Of a stretch of 64,000 bases of DNA, positions 1 to 13,479 are shown piece after piece. Every line of letters starts with the position of its first letter. The stretch's first letter is position 1. The stretch lies in contig JAUCBJ010009089.1 in assembly GCA_032718475.1 (NCBI GenBank), forward strand, positions 1-64,000. Reading direction: 5' to 3'. Below the pieces are notes generated by a model, which was not told where the DNA came from, searched no databases, and saw only the letters and a program-made list of their open reading frames with translations. The position numbers were made by a program, and so were the translations under genes. This stretch comes from Nemertoderma westbladi. Its lineage: Eukaryota > Animalia > Xenacoelomorpha.

Positions 1-38
1 AGTGACACATAATTTGAGGGCTTGGTTTTAGGTCCTCA

Positions 39-350
39 TCAATTTATCATCAATTGGGTTGTCCTAATAATAGTAATATAATTAATTATTTGTACATAAG
101 AAATGGTGAAGGGTGCTAGTTTTCGGTTTTGGATCCCAGACACCCGAAATGAATTATGTTTTGATTCCCTGTAAGCTTTTGTATTCAGGCGGTGTTTTTT
201 GATCATCGGTTTTTTGGCCCATAAAGGGAAAGCCCAATAACTTATTTTTTTTTTAATTACGCATTTAACTAAATGTGGGAGTCCATCCATTGTTTTTTTT
301 GGGAAACGTATTTTTTGATTTATTACTTTTTTGTCAAGTGTTTTGAACAA
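39..350 (-). pseudogene. Possible degenerate C-terminal fragment of a DDE-type transposase (family unresolved)
   Basis: The translation contains ...RLNTKAYRESKH..., reminiscent of the N-x-M-Q-G-R-E-x-K-H motif of invertebrate transposase-like proteins. The rest is heavily decayed. Confidence 0.2.
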
Positions 351-1149
351 TTCTCATAACATGTTGTAAAATTTCTATTCGTTTGGGGATTGATTCGCCT
401 CTCATAGGGTCCCAGCCTGGCAGGGGATTTTGTAAATCGGAGAGGGAATTTATCTTTATTTTAACTTACTAAAACTCGTATACTGTCCCGGAATAGCTTC
501 AGTTGCCCAATTGATCCCGTGGTTTCCCAATTTCAGATAGAAAAAAACGGCCCTGCCACAAATAAAACTTATTGGTAATGTTTGTGGGATATGTGGATCG
601 ATGAGATTTTTTTGAGTTTAAAAGTTTTTGAGTGGGGTTGTTTTAATGTTTAATGTTTAATTACCTGTTGGAAGCCCGTAAGTATTTTAGCGTTTTTATT
701 GTAGTTATTTTGTGAAACTGTTATGTTTTTAAAGTATCAATATTTATATCACCTATTAATTACAGTATTATATTTTGCAGTTATAAACTTTGTTAATTGA
801 TGATATAAAGTATAAAACGGTAACCCGGTACAGGTATTATTTCTTACAGAGGTCGAAGTATCTGCCAGGGTGGTACTTGTTTCAGCCAATCTTCGTATAG
901 TAGATCCCACCTAGGACAATGTGAGAAAAGCACTCGATAAACAATGGGAGAGGGACTGGGGCCTTCAAAACCGAGGGAGCCTCCCCGAGGGGGGACCCTG
1001 GTTTTCCATTTAGTGTTAAATAGTCCCCAAAAACTATTACTAGGTTTGGTATTTATTGTGGGGGGCCGTGTATGTGGCTTTGAATAGTGGGCGGATTTAT
1101 AAATTTTCATAAATTCTTTCAAAAAAGTTTTCGAGATATAAGGGAGCTG

Positions 1150-2220
1150 TGACACCTATGTCAGCACTTTTCAGCACTGAAATTTCACACTTCGTTTCTT
1201 TGGGGTAACTTCACTCTATAGTGAAATAAATCGTCAAAATTCGGTTATTTTGAACACCGAACACATTGAAAACTATTATGGGTAAAGTTTCGAGTTGAAA
1301 TTTGGAAATTTGAAAAGTACCACAAAGCACCAAAATTGCAAGTAGTGTGAAATTTCAAATTTTTAAGTAGGATACAACGTCAATATCCTCACCCATACTG
1401 AGGTTTTCGTATTTGCTGATTTCATTGGTGACAATTATAAGACGCTGTAGTTACTCAAAATTGCTCGAAAATGAAAAGATCCCCTACTAGCACTTTTCAA
1501 ATATATAATTTTCGAATAAACTACTTGTTTCAGTTAACTTAAACCCAATGCCCTATATATCGGTGATATTGGGTTATTTTCAACGCTGAACCCATTTATA
1601 ACAAGATTGTGTATAATTCTATCTCAAAATTCGGAATTTTTAAGAAGCACCACAATAGCACGAAAAGTGCAAGTAGTAAAATGAGAAAACATTGATTTCG
1701 CAATTATGGAAAAACTTGAATTGCAGTGAAAAAATAGACAACGGATTTGAAATCAGCGTGGTTGTATTGTATACAAAAGTGTATTTGCATGTAAATACTT
1801 AGATTTTTCGAAAAAATTTCAAAAAATATGCATGCAATGAAATTTTTTAGCACCACGCAATGTGCTAATTAGTGTCAATCCGACAAATTTTTCAGGAGTT
1901 TTCTTCAGATCCATTTTTGTAATATGTTTGTGTTTGGTTTGACCAATTTTCAAAAACATTCAACCATATAGAGCCGCAATAAGCATGGTTCAAGTTTTTT
2001 TTGGCACCCTGTGCGAAAAGTGCCAACACAGTGTCACTAGTGTGATTTTCAAATTTTTTTTGGTTTTGAGTTTGTAATATGCATGTGTAGGTTTCCACAA
2101 AATTTCAAAAAAATCCATTCACAAATAGCCGAAATCAGTGGGGGGGGGGGGGGGGGGGGGGGGGGAATCCAACCCGCCCTGGACGTTTCAGGAGTAGAAA
2201 AGGCCTTGGGCTTGTAAGGG
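1150..2220. mobile_element. Non-autonomous piggyBac-like DNA element remnant (right end only)
   Basis: Ends ...CTTGTAAGGG followed by TTAA (2221-2224), with a subterminal poly-G tract. Internal blocks resemble the elements at 13.5-16.5 kb. The left boundary is approximate. Confidence 0.45.
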
Positions 2221-3396
2221 TTAAGGATTGGAATATAGTCTGTCTTTCTGTCGGACTATTCTGTCAGTCTGCCTTAAATTTGTTGATAGACAGACTGGAG
2301 CACAAAGAGATGCGATAACTCGAAAACTAAAAGAGATCTTTAGTAAGTCGTTCTTAGAATTGAAATCCTTTTTAAATACTACTTTAAGAGTATATAATAA
2401 CAAAAGTCCAGGTTTTTTTTAAAACAATACTCACGTATAATTCACATTCCTAACACTTAAATCTGTACGTAACAGAGTAATGCTAACTAAACAATAAACA
2501 TATATATCGGTAAACAAAATTGAAAAATACAAATACAAATGCATATTTGCAATGCAAGGGTATGTGCCCAGTTTTGTCCGGAATATATCGCAATCCCGGA
2601 CATCGAAAATATCAAGGACAGGAAGAAATTATGTATTTCATGCTTGCTGGTATATAATTCTGTTTCGTATATATAGGATATCGTACATACATACTTGTCA
2701 GATAACCAAAGACAGAATGGCCATAACATAGTAACCGCACAAAACTTAAAGCACAGTGTACTCTACTGTACTGCGATAACAACTGAAAACCCCCAGCTGA
2801 TTCATCCTAAAAACAGTATATTTGGGACAAGTTTAATGGCTGCTTGGTCTGCTTCTAATCCTTCTAATACAGTTAGTTACAGGTTTTTCCTGGCGAGCCC
2901 AGAACATCTTCCACTGGTTGAACTTGTCCTCCACACCATTGACAATATCTGATAAAAAGGAGATGTAGCGTTCGTTTTAATGTGTCAAACACCCTTTAAG
3001 TACACAAATATGGAATTAAGAAACAGAGTAAAAAAGCATGATCACTACTTTGAGACTGAATCCTTTCTTTCAATTGAAACACAAGAGTCATTTCATTGAA
3101 TGGATTGAAAACATTGCCTCTGTAATGCAAAAATGTTAATTTGGCGTTATGAAATTTTTTACATTAATATGGATCCAATCTCCAGAGTAACAAAATATAT
3201 TTACAGTGTTTTTCATGGGGTATGACATGGTGACACACCCCCTAAATCCGCCACTGTGCTTGAACAAGCAGTTCAATGAACTGTATGCTAAGAACAGTGT
3301 CATTTATACTAACTGTAAATTGTAAATTAGGTTGAACATAACAATGAAAGTACAGCTTTCCAGTTATTGTATTTAATGATCATAATTTAATTTCAG

Positions 3397-3528
3397 ATTA
3401 GATTATCAGCAGCGAGTTACAGGGGGGTGTGATGGAGGTCATTGTGAAACCAACAAAGACATCATATTAACTTTCTATATACCTGGAATTCCATCTGAAA
3501 CCAGACATGTCACATTGATAGATGACAG
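3397..3528 (+). CDS. Coding exon A of a spliced gene, galactose-binding/F5/8 type C-like domain (LDYQQRVTGGCDGGHCETNKDIILTFYIPGIPSETRHVTLIDD)
   Basis: Acceptor tttcAG at 3395-96 and donor GTttgc at 3529. 132 bp, phase 2-2, open, and joins exon B in frame (AG+G = Arg). Confidence 0.7.
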
Positions 3529-3808
3529 GTTTGCATTTACTAAAGTAAAACATATTAAAACATTTAAGTAGTAAATATTAGTTTTGAACATGCATATACG
3601 TATAATATTATGTGTAAGTAATGTTCTTTTGTAGACCTATTGGATTTACAGAGCATAGTATATTTGGTACTATAATATTGTCGTATAGACGTCATGCATA
3701 CACATGCAGTGATATATATTAGAATTATGACATCCATACTATAGCATAAAGTTGACGCTTCAGATAGAAGCAGATAACCGCACATTAATTTCTAAATGCC
3801 GTATTCAG

Positions 3809-3939
3809 GGATCTTAGATCATATCTCATATACCCCGAAGTGGTGGGAGCAACGGAAGTAAGAATAACCGTGAAAACTATCTATGCACAAGGAGATAATG
3901 GAGCGCAATATATTGCATACTATCAGGATATAAGTACAG
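3809..3939 (+). CDS. Coding exon B, C-terminal part of the galactose-binding/F5/8C-like domain (DLRSYLIYPEVVGATEVRITVKTIYAQGDNGAQYIAYYQDIST)
   Basis: Acceptor attcAG and donor GTagga at 3940. Phase 2 start, phase 1 end. The VRITVxxxY...NG pattern is typical of this beta-sandwich family. Confidence 0.7.
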
Positions 3940-5324
3940 GTAGGATATTATTAATTTAATTTTTGTTAGCGGGTTCAATCCGCCATGCACTCCCATTATA
4001 CAAACAAAGTGATATAGAGCCCATTTAACAATATTGACAAGAGGAAATAACAATCCAGCAGGGAGTTAATCAACTCAACCCAAAGTACATCATTGCCCAA
4101 TGGGAAGGAGAGAAAATGGGGTGATAATGTGAACCAATGAGATAGGTGATATCAACTCTTAGGCCACCATTATTGGTGCATTTAGTTCACACTCTGTTAT
4201 TCAGCTGGTAATACACTACAACTGGCCGACATTCCACCAGACCGGTCAGTTGGTACCATGCAGCACAGAAGGTGATATATATTGTATCCGCTCCCAGTTT
4301 CATATAACCACGGATAATGAATTTTCGGGCCCCTGCATGTCCTAACTTACGGTACGGACCCCTACTTCTACCCTTCCCCCACCAGTGGCTTCGCGTGGCC
4401 AATGTTCGCCCTAATGCTCGTGCAATGTCTAAATAATTCGAATTATTAACAACACAGTTACAATACTAAATACTAAACTAAGCAATACGCCCATATCGCA
4501 GCCATGGGTAAATAATAATACTGTATAATATAATGGGTGCATTGTGTTAAAATTATTAGAGCGAAGCCCTATTGTATACGCTCACTGGAATACCCCAGCC
4601 CTCGAGGAGTCAGACATCCAATAGAATCGACTCTCCTTCAATTTACTTGTGTCCCCTTGTCTGTGCCACTAATGAACGAACTAACCTTGTTAAATTAATT
4701 TGTAGGCCTACTAGAATGAATATTTCCGACATTAGCTGCCGCTCCCGTTGACTACTAAGGGCCCTCCTACTTTGTTTCATTCTTAACATTGTACAGTTAC
4801 ATTAAATGTTAGCATTGGATGGAAGCCCTGTCCACTCATGGGGCTTCCCCAATCGCCAGCCGGCTACACAACAGTTGCCAGACCATCAACAGAATCAACT
4901 CACTTTCACTTTACTACTTCTTGTTTCTGCCACTACTACTCTAGGTCTGTATCTAAACTAATTCACATGCATGTTAAATAAATATATTTTTTGGAATTAA
5001 TATTTATGATATGCGCGAGATATAAATAAAGGCAGAGATAATAGCATTGTTGTTCCAAGTCCTAGGTGATTTACTGGCTATCCCGAAATGGCTACCCAAC
5101 TATTTAGGACTGTTTATATTGAAAGAGAGTGGAAGAAACTAGTAACAGAAGGTAAAATAATTGAGTTTTAATTGAGAATAATTGAGAGTAATAAATTATT
5201 GAGTTGATGTGAGTTTCCATATACAATCTACCGTTGGTAATAACATTTTTCGTGCGGTCAACAAAATGGTGTTTCAACACATAAATCACCTCTTAAATAT
5301 CTGTACAGTGCAGTGCAGTGTTAA

Positions 5325-6165
5325 CCCTATTCCACCTGGGTTCTTTTGTCCGAGATTCCACCTGGGGTTGGGCATAATATGCCCAACAGTTTATTATACA
5401 CTAAAAAGTAATGATAATTTTATCAAAACTTTCCAAATTTTCGCAGGTTTATAGAAAAATATATAATGCATCTGTTCTGAGTTTTATATATTCATAATTT
5501 TAAATAATATATCCATATAAATTAATTATCTTGAAGATAACGCATTATAGTAAAAAGATGAGATAATACTATACATACTCCTCCCAACACCACTGTCTGC
5601 CTAACTCTGCCAGACATCACAAGTTAAAATTTTGCTTGCAGGGGTGCTGTTATTGAATAGATTTATTCACCTCTATCTATGTCTGCCCCTTAGGAATATA
5701 CTGTTTCAATGGTGGTTGTTGTTTTATTCTAGTAGACTTATTGCTTGCTTATCTGTCAGTTTAGTATTTTGTTATAAAAAAATAATGTGATTGATGTGTA
5801 CTAATCCAAGCAGTAGACAATCTCGTGTTTGAATTCAACTTTACAACCCAGCCAAGTGAATGTCCTGGACCGTAATTGGTTGTATTCTAGCTTGTTGACC
5901 AGGGGAACTATCCAACCAGAGATTATCTTTTCTACCAGTTAGGCTAATAAAGATATTACAATAAAAAAATGTGACTATGATATGAAAAACATACCATAGC
6001 ACAAAAAGTATAAATTATAAAAAAAATATTTTGTAACCATCAGAAAGCCAATTAAATTCTAGTAAAAGTCAATGAATTTCATAATAATACATAAAAATCA
6101 TCATGATGAATTTCTAAAAATAAAAAGTGTTGGGCAGATTCTGCCCAACCCCAGGTGGAATAGGG
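5325..6165. mobile_element. piggyBac-type MITE
   Basis: TTAA at 5321-24 and 6166-69. Terminal inverted repeat CCCTATTCCACCTGGG plus an inner inverted repeat (GTTGGGCA..TGCCCAAC). No ORF. Confidence 0.85.
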
Positions 6166-7705
6166 TTAAAGCGTGGCTCCAGTTAATTTTTTCGCCCCCC
6201 TCTGGCCTGCGCCCGAGGCGACTCACCCCAACGCTCCCCCTACGAGACGCCACTGCCCCCGACCCTCACCAATTGTTTTAAAATGTTGACATCATTGGTA
6301 GAACGTAATTATTATTAATAATAATATTAATCTTGTGACGAAATTATATATAGTTGCTTCCAAGAAACTAAAGGTTGGCCCCAAATCCATTTTTACAGAT
6401 TTTTAATTTTTTCCTAAAATTACTTACACCAGCCAGAAGACATCATTTCTATATTTAGGTATAGGCCTACTGTACCACCGGGATCATTTCTATATTTAGG
6501 TATAGGCCTACTGTACCACCGGGATTTTATGTAACAATCTGACAAAAAGAAAGTAAAAAGATAAAATATACTGTCGTAAGAAACTACACAGAGGTTGAAA
6601 TATGTTAATAAAAAAATTATTACGAAATTGTTAACATTACAATAATTATGTACAACACGATTATGAGCAATTAATACACTCATACGTAACGTACAGCACC
6701 ATACCAACCTATGCCCTAACGTACAGCACCATACCAACCTATGCCCTATCTGACTATCATTGTTAGAATTGGATGGAAAGCCCTTTCGCTCTTGCTTTTT
6801 CGGTGCGTTAGGTCCTGGCGCTTTAGGTCCTGGTCCTGGCACAAACAGCAAGTTTATAGTCATTATTGTATTGTAGATCATAGAGATAGACTGTTTTGGT
6901 AAATACAAATGAATAATTATTTGATATGGAATCCAACGGAATACAAGTAGACATAATACACAGATACAATAGAATACACAGATAGACGGTTTCGGCATAA
7001 AGGTAACAATAAATCCAAACTTATTGTTTAATCCCAAATCAATCTAAGTAAATATAGATGGTTTTGGGATTTACTATTATTGACATTTGTTATATACATA
7101 TACATATTGTTGAGATAGACGGTTTAAAAAAATATAACTCCTGAGGACTTCATAATTACGTCTTAAATCTTGGCTAGAAATATTCGCCTCGTTTTTCTGA
7201 TTCCAAATATATGCAGCATATGTCATTTTTCAAAAAAATTGAGTTAGACGGTTTTGGCATGTAAGGGCAGAAAGGAGCAGGTTATAGAGGCGAGTTAAAA
7301 GGTTGACAAATAAATGAAAGTTGGGAATATTGCAGAATAGATTAATTGACCGTATACCGATTTGGACCTGACGCTACATTACCCTTTCACTATGCACATT
7401 CACCGGGCTCTGGGCTACAGTACACCAAACAGTTATGTCGCGGCTAGTCAGACAACCAATATAATCAACTCATCTTCACCCTATATTCGTTGTCTGGCTA
7501 CCTGCATTGTAGCTCCTTTGTAGCAAATGTAACTCCTTTCTTGAAACTTGAAATTTATTTGCCATATAGACATATATAATGCTGTAAAGCACCCCAACAC
7601 CAACGATTTTACCGAAATCATATGGGTGAGAGTACGGGATGTCTATGATGGCCTGGGTGGCAGCTAATAGCATTGCTAGTAAGCGCTACCTCACAGAAAG
7701 TAAAG

Positions 7706-9470
7706 GGGTCGATATGAAGCGTCGTTTACGCCTAAACTATCTGAATAAATATTATACTCAAGATGTATCAATAGAAAAATATTGTAATTAAGATATCTAA
7801 AGGATACGGATAATCTATTAAGGTATCTAAATTCTCGGCCGAGATTTCTCTGCTGAGTTTTTCTCGGCCGAGTTTTTCTGGGCCGAGATTTCTCTGCAGT
7901 TTTTCTCTGCTGAGTTTTTCTCGGCCGAGTTTTTCTGGGCCGAGTTTTCTCTACCGAGATTCTCGGCCGAGAATTATTGGGTTTTATTGGGAATTATTGG
8001 CTCTGTTCTTGGGTTAGGTGCATTTTCCACATTAAATGTCACCTTGCATAGCTTACCTAGTACTTTCCTATATTACACTTTACTGTTGTATATTATTGTG
8101 TTATTGGTATTACGCTTATTCGCACCGTAAGTGCAATAAATCTGTATTGGTGAGAGATATTAGCTATTGATCCAGAAAATGCCACATATATTACAAGTCA
8201 AACTGAACCCACTTCTTTATTACACTGATTCCGGGATCTACTGCAAATCCTCGACAGGCCACGGGTTGACCGACAGCAGGTTCCCTGAACGAAACCGGAA
8301 GTCTAGTGGGAAGGGAGGTAGGCATTCTACTGGGGAATCACCTAAGTATCGGATAAGGGTCTTTCGAGTTTCTCACTCTAATGTAATTAAACCTTTCCAT
8401 AGATACAGTATCGATTTATCTCAATTTATATTTGGACCTTTCTTGTTTGTCTAATAAACTAATCACATAGGTCTAACAATTAATCCTCACTGCGTTTTCG
8501 CACATATTGTATCTATATTATTGGTAGTAACTGTGTTAATTAATTTCTTTACACTAATTACAGCTGGTTCGCCTGTTTGTCTTTACTCAGTTACCAGATA
8601 ACTTTAATCCATGTGCAGATACGAAAATCAGTTTAGTTCGTCACATTTCATTCATTCTCATCGGTAATATTTATTTGTCCTAATAATTAACAAGTAATTA
8701 TATTACATATAATTTAAAGAATTTAGCAACAAAAAGTACAAATTTAAGAATAAAATTACGTATTACATGGGAAAAAAACGTACCAGTAGAATATTTTTTT
8801 TTCCAAATTATTTTCATTCGATTTACACGACACTCACACACCCGACGAAAGGTATACCTCTAGTGACCTTTACTAGAGGAGTTCCAGTACACACGTATGT
8901 CTTAATGAGCCTTTGTGTAGGCCCCCCTAGCGGCAGACGGAGGAACTGTAGAAGTCTGTCTGTAAGCAATATTTATTTATTCAGCAATGCCCGTAGTGCT
9001 GTAGGTCACTCCTACCAAATTTCAGATGAATATGATGGTTAGCTAATTATAGCACCTATTGTGTTTCTGTCAATTTGCCCACTAGCGGCAGACAGATGAA
9101 CTACAGAACTCTGTCTCTCTGTTAATTTTCTAAACCTTTGATAGACTACATGTGTTCCTAGTTTGGTTCCATTTCATCAAAGTGTGACCGACTTATTAGC
9201 GTTCAAACACACACACAGACTACGTGTCTCGCCCCACAATGCCATTTTAAATTTCCCGCCGATTTATCTTTTAAGATTATAAATTCTCGGCCGAGAAAAC
9301 CTGGCCCTAGAAAAACTCGGCCGAGAAAAGCTCTGCCGAGAAAAACTCGGCTGAGTAAAGCTAGGCCGAGAATTTAGATATTTCTCAAGTATATATTTTG
9401 TTATTGATACATCTTGAGTATAATATTTATTCAGATAGTTTTGGCGTAAACGGCGGTTCATAGATCGATC
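7706..9470. mobile_element. Foldback-like pair of long inverted arms with 15-bp internal tandem repeats (CTCGGCCGAGTTTTT), MULE-like
   Basis: 7716-7975 is the reverse complement of ~9285-9460 (CGTTTACGCC-AAACTATCTGAATAAATATTATACTCAAGATGTATCAAT, followed by 15-mer repeats). No clear TSD. Confidence 0.6.
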
Positions 9471-9912
9471 TCAACTTTATATTATAATATAGTATAATTA
9501 TTTAGAAAAACATTGAACGGAGGCAATAGAGAGACTGAAGATTTTAACTAAGAGTGTAAGTATGTATATACTAAACTTTAAGTTATATATGTATGTATAC
9601 TGTAGCTACTGTATAAACTATATACATTTACATTCAATAGATTAGAAAGTAAGTTATGTTTGAAGCTTTTGCAAAAGCATTGAAAAGCATTGTATGAGGA
9701 ATACTATTCAAAATGGTAGGACAAGGATAATTAATAGATCGCTGTTCGATATCTAATCTAGTGAGGGGATAAGGAAATTTCCGTGAGTTGATGACCGAGA
9801 ATAATACTGATGAGAGACTGGCGTATTTATTAAAAGTAGGCGTAAATCTGACAGAGGATTAATCCTAATGGAATGTATGTCAGTGCATGAATAGAGCAGT
9901 CTGATGTTTCTC

Positions 9913-10700
9913 TTATTATTATTATTATTATTATTATATAAAGGTAGTTTGAAAAAATACATTGTTATGTATCGCTTTGATATAGGCGGTGGTTAACCGG
10001 GAAGGCCCATTGCGTTATCCACCGCTTTCTAATTGTGATATGGTAATTTAAAATAAAAAATAGAACTAAACTAGAACTAGAACTGAACTAAATCTTAACT
10101 TTTGAGAGACGAACTAAGTACAGTAGGAAATCAACTCAAAATGTATTAAGAGGTATGTTGAATTAAGGACGTGGGTATATTTTAATAGTTTACCACTAAT
10201 TGAGACTGGCTCAGGTACTCGCATAGTAGTTTTTTTTGAAAGAGGTATAAAGGTTGTTGCTTGTCTTACTGGAATAGGAAGATTGTTCCACTTCCGGGGC
10301 TCACCCTGATAGACTGTCTAGTAATCAATAGTCGTGTGCGTTGTATAGTGCAATTATTGTTCATTGCATGGCGTGTACTGTAAGTGTGTGTTGTGTTTGA
10401 TAATGTAATTAGTTTAGAAAGAATATCCGAGGCTAGGGATTTTTGTTGAGAAATTTATAGCACAGTATTCCGATATGTTTTGTGTAAAAAAACACTATAT
10501 TTAGGGTGTTGAAATTTGTCCATAAGTTACTTTCAGTTTGTGGATTCGATTATTTTATACTAAGTTATATTTAGTATATCTTACTTAATGCGCAGTTTAC
10601 ATATAATACAACTATGCAATATGCATAGGATGTGAAAATTCGAGATCAAACAATTACTTGTTATCTATATATCAGATCAGTATTAGAAATATATTATCCT
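9913..10700 (-). mobile_element. Highly decayed 3' end of a CR1/L2-like LINE
   Basis: Minus-strand remnants HTYSTR and WNNLP, and an (AAT)n tail at 9913-9937. Confidence 0.35.
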
Positions 10701-10796
10701 ATATAAATGCATAATCCTATGTAGATAAGTATAATATTACGCTATAATGTTTATTGCCAAAATGGATAAAATAGTTGTCCATTGGGGAGTTCTATA

Positions 10797-10972
10797 ACGT
10801 TACCCAGTTGAGGAGCCACGTTACCCAGTTGAGGAGCCACGTTACCTAGTTTAGGAGCCACATAACCCAGTTGAGGAGCCACGTCACCCAGTTGAGGGGC
10901 CACGTTACCCAGTTGAGGAGCCTACGTTACCCAGTTGAGGAGCCACGTCACCCAGTTGAGGAGCCACGTTAC
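10797..10972. repeat. 21-bp minisatellite (ACGTTACCCAGTTGAGGAGCC), ~8 copies
   Basis: Direct tandem copies visible in the sequence. Confidence 0.95.
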
Positions 10973-11126
10973 ATATTTAATTTAATCATACCAATATTTT
11001 AGGGACATATTTCAGTACAGGTTGAAAGGCGACTGGTAAAAATATATAAAAATCAACATATAAATATTCAATATATATATATAAATAAAAGTATGAAGGC
11101 TATCTATAAAAATGTACCGGAGCCCT

Positions 11127-11883
11127 CTATATGGTAGTGGCCCATACGTGGAGAGCCTGACAGTTGTTAAGGCACTGTAGGAGGTGGTATTGAGATGCTA
11201 CTTTTCCACAATGTTTACATCGGCAAAATTCATCAGGGTGGTGAAATCCGGCGGTCTGACAAATCTTGTGGTGGAATGCGTGGATCAATACTGTGGTTGT
11301 AACGTATCTCAGGTCATTCAAAAGTCGGGTCCATTTTTGTGATAGGATAGATCTGGTGTTTTCCAGATCTCTGGGTTGGTCTATTCGATCTTTTCAGTGA
11401 CAGCTGATATGGTAACGCTGGAGTGCAGTTGTTTCGGTCAGATGGAACTTGTTCACCATTTCTTATTTTAAGTAACTTTTGTTACTTATTACAACTAACT
11501 GATGTTATATGCTTGGTAAACAAAAGTGTGGGTTGGAGAGTAATCCCAGGATAATTATACAATGTGGCCATTGACACCGGAACGCCATTGTAGATAAACT
11601 GATCCGTTTGGGCAAGCCTCCCTCTACATCGGAATTTCAGGACTGCTGTCTTTTTGAGATTAACTGGACTATTATCGATGGCCCAATTTGAAAGAGCATC
11701 AAGTCCGGGCTGAATTGCTTCTTTAGAGTGCGAATAGAAAAACAGATTATCGGCATAGAGGGGCATAGTCAACAAGATTGCTGTGACTTTCAGTGTGGCA
11801 ACAAGATCGGCCACGTACAGTATGAACAATAGCGGACTTAAGGAGTCACCCTGTAAGAGTCCTCTTAATTGTTTAATCGGCAT
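11127..11883 (-). pseudogene. 5'-truncated non-LTR retrotransposon ORF2 (reverse transcriptase and C-terminal Cys/His region)
   Basis: RT motifs GLLQGDSLSPLLFILYV and LYADN (YADD-like), with a downstream CRCKHC...HLLQC zinc knuckle. Confidence 0.85.
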
Positions 11884-11889
11884 GATTTC

Positions 11890-12821
11890 CTTAGTCCATC
11901 AAAGACAATTATAAAATTTGATAATAAGAGCAAATCTATAAGAGCCATTTTCTTGGGACAGAATCGAAGGCTTTACAAAAATCTACAAAAATATACTTTT
12001 TTCGACAATGTTTTGGTGGATTATTTGCTGGACCACCAATCACACGCCGCATCGAATAGCATCTGCATCCACCATCCGTTGCAAGTGATAGATAAAGGTA
12101 CACAATTTAGGGTGGCGCATCTTTGTATGGAGAGCATTATACCAACCCTCGCAGTGGTCCGAGGTCCGTATACATCCAGTGGTTCCATTGTGCAATAAAA
12201 TGTGGAAGAAGCCATTCATTTCGAAAATAATTTTTAAAATGTTGCAGATGTCATTATTCCTTGTAATTGGTGGTGCGTTCAGAATAATATTGGCTATATA
12301 TTTAACGATTTCCGGTTACAAGAGACACAATACTGGCAGCCTACAAATGAATTGATGTACTTGACAATTATCTCTATAAACGTCGCTCAAATTTAAGTCC
12401 TTCTGTTGCGTTCCAGCCATTGGCTAAAATGAAAAGTGCAACCTCTTATTCTACACTCCGGAAAGATTACGGTAAACTCATCTCTTGCGGTATCCTCATA
12501 ATCAAACAATGCATTGCCCCCAATAAGACGCCCGATATCAATATGTCGCTGCAAAATCGGATGTCCGAAGTTCATGAAAGAGCTGAATGTAACCAGTGAC
12601 GTACTCTTATTAGACATCAATGCATAAACCAAAGTAAAACATTCGCCATGTACTGGAGCTTGTATACAATATAGCTGCTGAAATTTGTGTGGATTCCTCA
12701 GTTGATTTTTGTGATTCCTATCACATATCATGCATGACATTGGATTCCTGATGCACGCACATCTAGAGAGAGACCTGGGTGTGGCAAATATTATAATCTC
12801 TGGATTTCTTTCTTGGAACAT
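11890..12821 (-). pseudogene. MULE/Mutator transposase remnant
   Basis: QLYCIQAPVHGECFTLVYALM, DYE..., FPECRIRGCTFHFSQ (CxFH motif) and a downstream RT..CEGWYNAL. Contains stops and frameshifts. Confidence 0.85.
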
Positions 12822-12829
12822 AAGTAATC

Positions 12830-12967
12830 TTCAGTACAACACACCATATAAATATATAACATTTACTTTGTTCAGTACAACACACCATATAATATATAAC
12901 ATTTACTTTGTTCAGTACAACACACTATATAAATATATAACATTTATTTTGTTCAGTACAACACACT
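12830..12967. repeat. ~41-bp tandem repeat (TTCAGTACAACACACCATATAAATATATAACATTTACTTTG), ~3.3 copies
   Basis: Direct tandem copies. Confidence 0.9.
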
Positions 12968-13029
12968 AATACTGTTTGCTAATAATGAGTAGTAATTAAT
13001 GTAAACATAATTAAATTGTCCAACATAAA

Positions 13030-13410
13030 ATAGATGGGGTGGAAATACAACCAGCCAGAGGCAGAAGAAGTAGAGGAAACCCATAGATATCATGGTTGAG
13101 GTTGTCGTCGTAGCGTTTGCACCCATGAATGTAAGTGATAGTTAGTTATTATCTAATTGGATAATAAGTACAGTAGCGTTGCATTCTGAAAAACAACTGC
13201 AAAATCATTTGTGTGCAGCAAACACTAACGCGACAGCAGAACCATATCTCATAGTCGTTACATCGACACTTATTGGATTGATGACCAATCATATCAGTCT
13301 CTCGCCAGAATATATTAGAAGAACATCCACAGTTTCCGAAGCTGCTTTGTGGTTCAATACACTTCTACCCTTAGCATATATTGGTTTAAGCCACTGGTGA
13401 GTGAACAAAT
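13030..13410 (-). pseudogene. Decayed inverted paralog of the WxxW exon and the exon that follows it
   Basis: Minus strand 13410-13230 reads QWLKPIYAKGRSVLNHKAASETV...LI*../HQSNKCRCNDYEIWFCC (one stop, one frameshift), aligning with exon 30705-30884. A 44-bp GT-AG intron and sequence homologous to 30934-31033 follow. Confidence 0.75.
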
Positions 13411-13479
13411 ATATTTTGAAATATAGTGTGTATGTTGTATAATGATCAATGTAGGAATATAATGTAAATTTTTATTTAA

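Noticed and set aside
2695-2952. Short ORF and possible minus-strand exon
   Set aside because: No recognisable motif and no phase-compatible partner exon.
6420-7037. 205-aa minus-strand ORF
   Set aside because: Low-complexity AT-rich sequence with short tandem duplications (41-bp and 30-bp) and no protein motifs.
13034-13400. Plus-strand exons ending at GTAAGT (13131) or GTGAGT (13397), and ORF 13179-13400
   Set aside because: The first has stops in all three frames and the second has no recognisable motifs. The region is better explained by the minus-strand WxxW pseudo-exons.
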